Assembly: GCA_044345725.1 (NCBI GenBank) | Contig: JBIJAO010000001.1 | Span: 57,559 to 121,558, forward strand | Source of the DNA: Ilumatobacteraceae bacterium | Lineage (GTDB): Bacteria > Actinomycetota > Acidimicrobiia > Acidimicrobiales > Ilumatobacteraceae | Direction of reading: 5' to 3' | DNA length: 64,000 nucleotides | Shown: positions 61,240-64,000 of the stretch, in pieces | Numbering within the stretch: position 1 is the first letter of the stretch | How the letters are laid out: each line of letters opens with the position of its first letter | Notes under the pieces: model-generated | Database searches by the model: none | The model's input: only the letters and a program-made list of their open reading frames with translations | Told to the model about the DNA's origin: nothing | Translations under genes and position numbers: made by a program

Positions 61240-62099
61240 TTGCACTCGAGGGAAATTTCGCATACAGCTTTATTCTCGGTGTTCTCGCTGCGGTGAACCC
61301 CTGCGGTTTTGTGTTGCTCCCTACCTACCTCATGTATTTTCTCGGTCTTGAAGGTTCACGACCCGACTCTTCGCAACGTGCGTCACTTATTCGCGCATTA
61401 AAAGTAAGTGCTGCAGTGTCAAGTGGTTTCATTGCGGTGTTTCTCGTGGTGGGCATTATCACCCGTGCATTTACATCTGTCATTGCAGATAATGCTAAGT
61501 ACGCGGGATTTGTGGTCGGCATCATGCTCATCGTGATGGGCATTGCAATGTTTTTTGGATGGAAACCCAACCTCGTGACACCGCAAATCACGGCAAAGCG
61601 TGACAACACCGTGCCAGCCATGTTTGTATTCGGCATTGGTTACGCAGTGGCATCCATTGGTTGCACCATCGGATTTTTAACCACGGTTATTTTGTCGTCG
61701 GTTGGAAAGCATGGCTATGCGTCCGGCGTGTTGAGCATTGTCTTGTATGGAGCTGGCATGGGACTGTTGGTCTCATCGCTCACTGTCACGTTGGCGCTTG
61801 CCAAGGGCGGGTTGTTGCGCGTGTTGCGTAATGGATTGAAATACATGGACCGCGTGGCAGCGGTGTTTCTTTTTTTCACTGGTATCTATCTCACGTGGTA
61901 TTGGTATGGAGCAATCACCGAACGCGCTACTGCAGATCGCATTACTGCTCGAATTGAAGGGTGGCAGTCTGACATCGCGATGTTCTTACAAGAACAGGGT
62001 GCATGGCGACTCGCCATTGTGTTCTCGTTGGTGATTGCAATTGCAATTGGCATCATCATGGTCACTCGTCGACGCTCTCAGCAGTCGCCCGCGAGTTGA
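61236..62099 (+). CDS. ccdA: Cytochrome c biogenesis/thiol reductant transfer protein CcdA (DsbD-core family)
   Basis: Six-plus TM helices, with conserved Cys in AAVNPCGF and ASIGCTIGF. GTGA overlap with the upstream gene. Confidence 0.85.
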   Translation: MIALEGNFAYSFILGVLAAVNPCGFVLLPTYLMYFLGLEGSRPDSSQRASLIRALKVSAAVSSGFIAVFLVVGIITRAFTSVIADNAKYAGFVVGIMLIVMGIAMFFGWKPNLVTPQITAKRDNTVPAMFVFGIGYAVASIGCTIGFLTTVILSSVGKHGYASGVLSIVLYGAGMGLLVSSLTVTLALAKGGLLRVLRNGLKYMDRVAAVFLFFTGIYLTWYWYGAITERATADRITARIEGWQSDIAMFLQEQGAWRLAIVFSLVIAIAIGIIMVTRRRSQQSPAS

Positions 62100-62103
62100 G
62101 CCA

Positions 62104-62718
62104 ATGTCGTTGTTTTCGGATCTTCTTGCACACGACGGCGTTCGCGAAGAATGCGTGTTGCGAAGCCGATTCGGGTTCATGGCTTTTCACGGCGGCAACT
62201 TGGAAAAAGGCACCGACATTATTGCGTCGCAAGCAGCCGAGCGCGCGGGGGCGTCGTATTACGGAATCATTCAGCCAGAAGGACTGGAATGGCACATCCC
62301 GTCGCATGAATTTGACCGCGGTACGTCAGCGTTGTGTGATGAGTTTCTGACACATTGCGAGATAGTGGTGACGGTGCATGGGTACGGAAAAGCGGGGTAC
62401 TGGACACATTTGTTGCTCGGTGGACAAAACCGACGCCTTGCACGTCACGTGGGATCACACTTACGCGCACACCTGCCGTACTACACAATTGTCGACAACA
62501 TTGATGCCATTCCCAAGTACCTGCGCGGACAACACCACAACAACCCAGTAAATGCTCCGTTGCATGCAGGAGTACAACTAGAGCTTCCTCCACGTGTTCG
62601 TGGATACAGCCCTATTTGGAACGACTGGCAAGGCCCGGGGCTTGTGCCGCACACGGAATCTCTCATCAACGGACTTGCCATTGCGGCACAAAGTTGGGAT
62701 CGCTCACATACGCAATAA
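62104..62718 (+). CDS. Poly-gamma-glutamate hydrolase (PghP/YjqB, UPF0714) family protein
   Basis: Start taken at MSLFSDLL. AFHGGNLEKGTD, VTVHGYG and LELP are motifs of this zinc-hydrolase family. Confidence 0.7.
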   Translation: MSLFSDLLAHDGVREECVLRSRFGFMAFHGGNLEKGTDIIASQAAERAGASYYGIIQPEGLEWHIPSHEFDRGTSALCDEFLTHCEIVVTVHGYGKAGYWTHLLLGGQNRRLARHVGSHLRAHLPYYTIVDNIDAIPKYLRGQHHNNPVNAPLHAGVQLELPPRVRGYSPIWNDWQGPGLVPHTESLINGLAIAAQSWDRSHTQ

Positions 62719-62744
62719 ACATCGAGGCATCTCCTTCACAGAGT

Positions 62745-64000
62745 TCAACTCGTTGTAACTGCTACCCAACCTTCTGGCATCAATGGCTTCAAATACGTTT
62801 CAGAAGAAATAGATCCTTTAGCTTGTCCACCTCGCCACAGATCATGTTTTTCAACGGAGTTCTCTCGAAAGAAGTCTTCAATCAACGTCTGCAATTCCGA
62901 AACAATTGCCGCGTATTGAGGATCATCTACAACATTTATCATCTGAGATGGATCACTGTGATGATCGAACAATACGTCAGGTCCTGCACCCGGCATACGA
63001 CACCAATATGAAAAACGAGTGGTACGTATGCCTCGCGTTTCTTCTTGTTCAAAAAAAACTGGACCGAAAGAAGGCGTACGTGAATTCAGATTGGTACTAA
63101 AAGATCTTCCAGCAGAATTCGAAAAGTGACGCGATTTTCCAAGCATCTCGAGCACTGTTACTGGTAAATCAATTTGGCTGTATAGGCCGTCAAGGATGGT
63201 TCCCGGCTTCAACGAAGGGTGTCTAATGATGAATGGAATTTGCATTGCTGCTTCATATAGATGTGACGGACGAGTCTGAATAGTGTGTCCCCATAAACCA
63301 TGTTGGCCGTAGAGATTCGCTTGATCAGCTGTATAGATGACGATGGTGTCGTCGATGAGATTTTTCTCTTCTAAAGCGTCGAGAATTTGTCCTACTCCAT
63401 CATCAACAATCGCAATTTGTGCACACACGTTTGCCATTGACGCTGGATCATTATGCATTCTTATGAGGTTGTACAACATGTGTCTCGCGTAGCGAGAAGG
63501 ATCATCGGGGCCGTTAATTAATCCCAGCATCTCATCGGAAACTGCGGTACGTGGAAATGTCTCAAATTTCGTGTTTACAAACTGGCTATAGAAGCGATTC
63601 CGATGATCTGGTCCAAGATTTGTAGGAGGTAGTAAATAGGGAGCGTCGTAATTGACCATCAGAAAGAACGGATGGCTACTTCTAGACGATAGATAGTCAA
63701 CTGCTTTCTCTGTAAAGAAATCAACAATGTGTCGATCTGTAACTGAATACTGCTCCCCACGATCTATGACCTGATTATCGTAGAAATCTTCTGTATGTCC
63801 TCTAACAAAAGTGACTGTCTCATCAAACCCTGGAATTGGTACGTGCGGTTGACCCAGATGATGCTTACCTACCATCGCCGTTTGATAACCAAGGTTCTGT
63901 AATGCAAGAGGAAGAGATTCAAACTCGTCAATGGCTGACCAACCATTGGGCCACTTGGCGACATCAGCATCGCGAAGCCAACTGTGAATTCCGTGCTGTG
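62745..64000 (-). CDS. Sulfatase-family hydrolase, 5'-truncated by window edge
   Basis: The frame stays open upstream of the listed Met to nt 64000 (..HGIHSWLRDADVAKWPNGW..GYQTAMVGKHHLG). Contains NYDAPY and ADQANLYGQHGLWGH. A 100-nt sample is 44% GC. Confidence 0.8.
   Translation of the reverse strand, partial: QHGIHSWLRDADVAKWPNGWSAIDEFESLPLALQNLGYQTAMVGKHHLGQPHVPIPGFDETVTFVRGHTEDFYDNQVIDRGEQYSVTDRHIVDFFTEKAVDYLSSRSSHPFFLMVNYDAPYLLPPTNLGPDHRNRFYSQFVNTKFETFPRTAVSDEMLGLINGPDDPSRYARHMLYNLIRMHNDPASMANVCAQIAIVDDGVGQILDALEEKNLIDDTIVIYTADQANLYGQHGLWGHTIQTRPSHLYEAAMQIPFIIRHPSLKPGTILDGLYSQIDLPVTVLEMLGKSRHFSNSAGRSFSTNLNSRTPSFGPVFFEQEETRGIRTTRFSYWCRMPGAGPDVLFDHHSDPSQMINVVDDPQYAAIVSELQTLIEDFFRENSVEKHDLWRGGQAKGSISSETYLKPLMPEGWVAVTTS

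Overview
This is a mid-GC (about 50-55% judged by eye), gene-dense 64-kb chromosomal segment. It reads as core genome of an Actinomycetota member: a WhiB-family regulator, an ArsA/Get3-like ATPase pair, ask-asd with an internal lysC-beta start, PccB plus an epsilon-like subunit, and a membrane-anchored cyclophilin. A finer placement (perhaps Acidimicrobiia) is only a guess. I call about 75 CDS, three tRNAs (Pro-CGG, Ser-CGA, Ser-GGA) and one small SRP RNA. I saw no rRNA, CRISPR array, transposase, integrase, prophage or recognisable multi-gene defence island. Functional themes: Fe-S carriers (A-type carrier, Mrp/ApbC); DNA maintenance (xseAB, dnaX-recR, 5'-3' exonuclease, DnaQ-like exonuclease, dut, orn); K+ uptake (trkAH); copper (CopCD); and a dispersed set of ethylmalonyl-CoA-pathway genes (thiolase, hbd, ccr, epimerase, ecm/meaA-like mutase, pccB, two class III CoA-transferases). 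Most noteworthy: (1) a WhiB7-like AT-hook regulator sits behind a 370-nt leader that carries a 56-codon uORF and the only clear hairpin+T6 intrinsic terminator in the window, so it is a candidate translation-coupled attenuator, and the gene is apparently co-transcribed with tlpA-ccdA; (2) a tRNA-Ser whose encoded 3' CCA shares its last A with the ATG of tadA; (3) a solitary low-GC gamma-type N6-adenine DNA methyltransferase islet with no nuclease partner; (4) an XseB with a 37-residue poly-acidic tail; (5) perfect tandem repeats (3x29 bp duplicating a stop-codon region, and 4x18 bp inside a secreted-protein gene); (6) an alpha/beta-hydrolase paralog whose nucleophile Ser is Gly. I could not identify a convincing, wholly new multi-gene system. 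All function calls rest on motif recognition by eye without database searches, and start codons are provisional.
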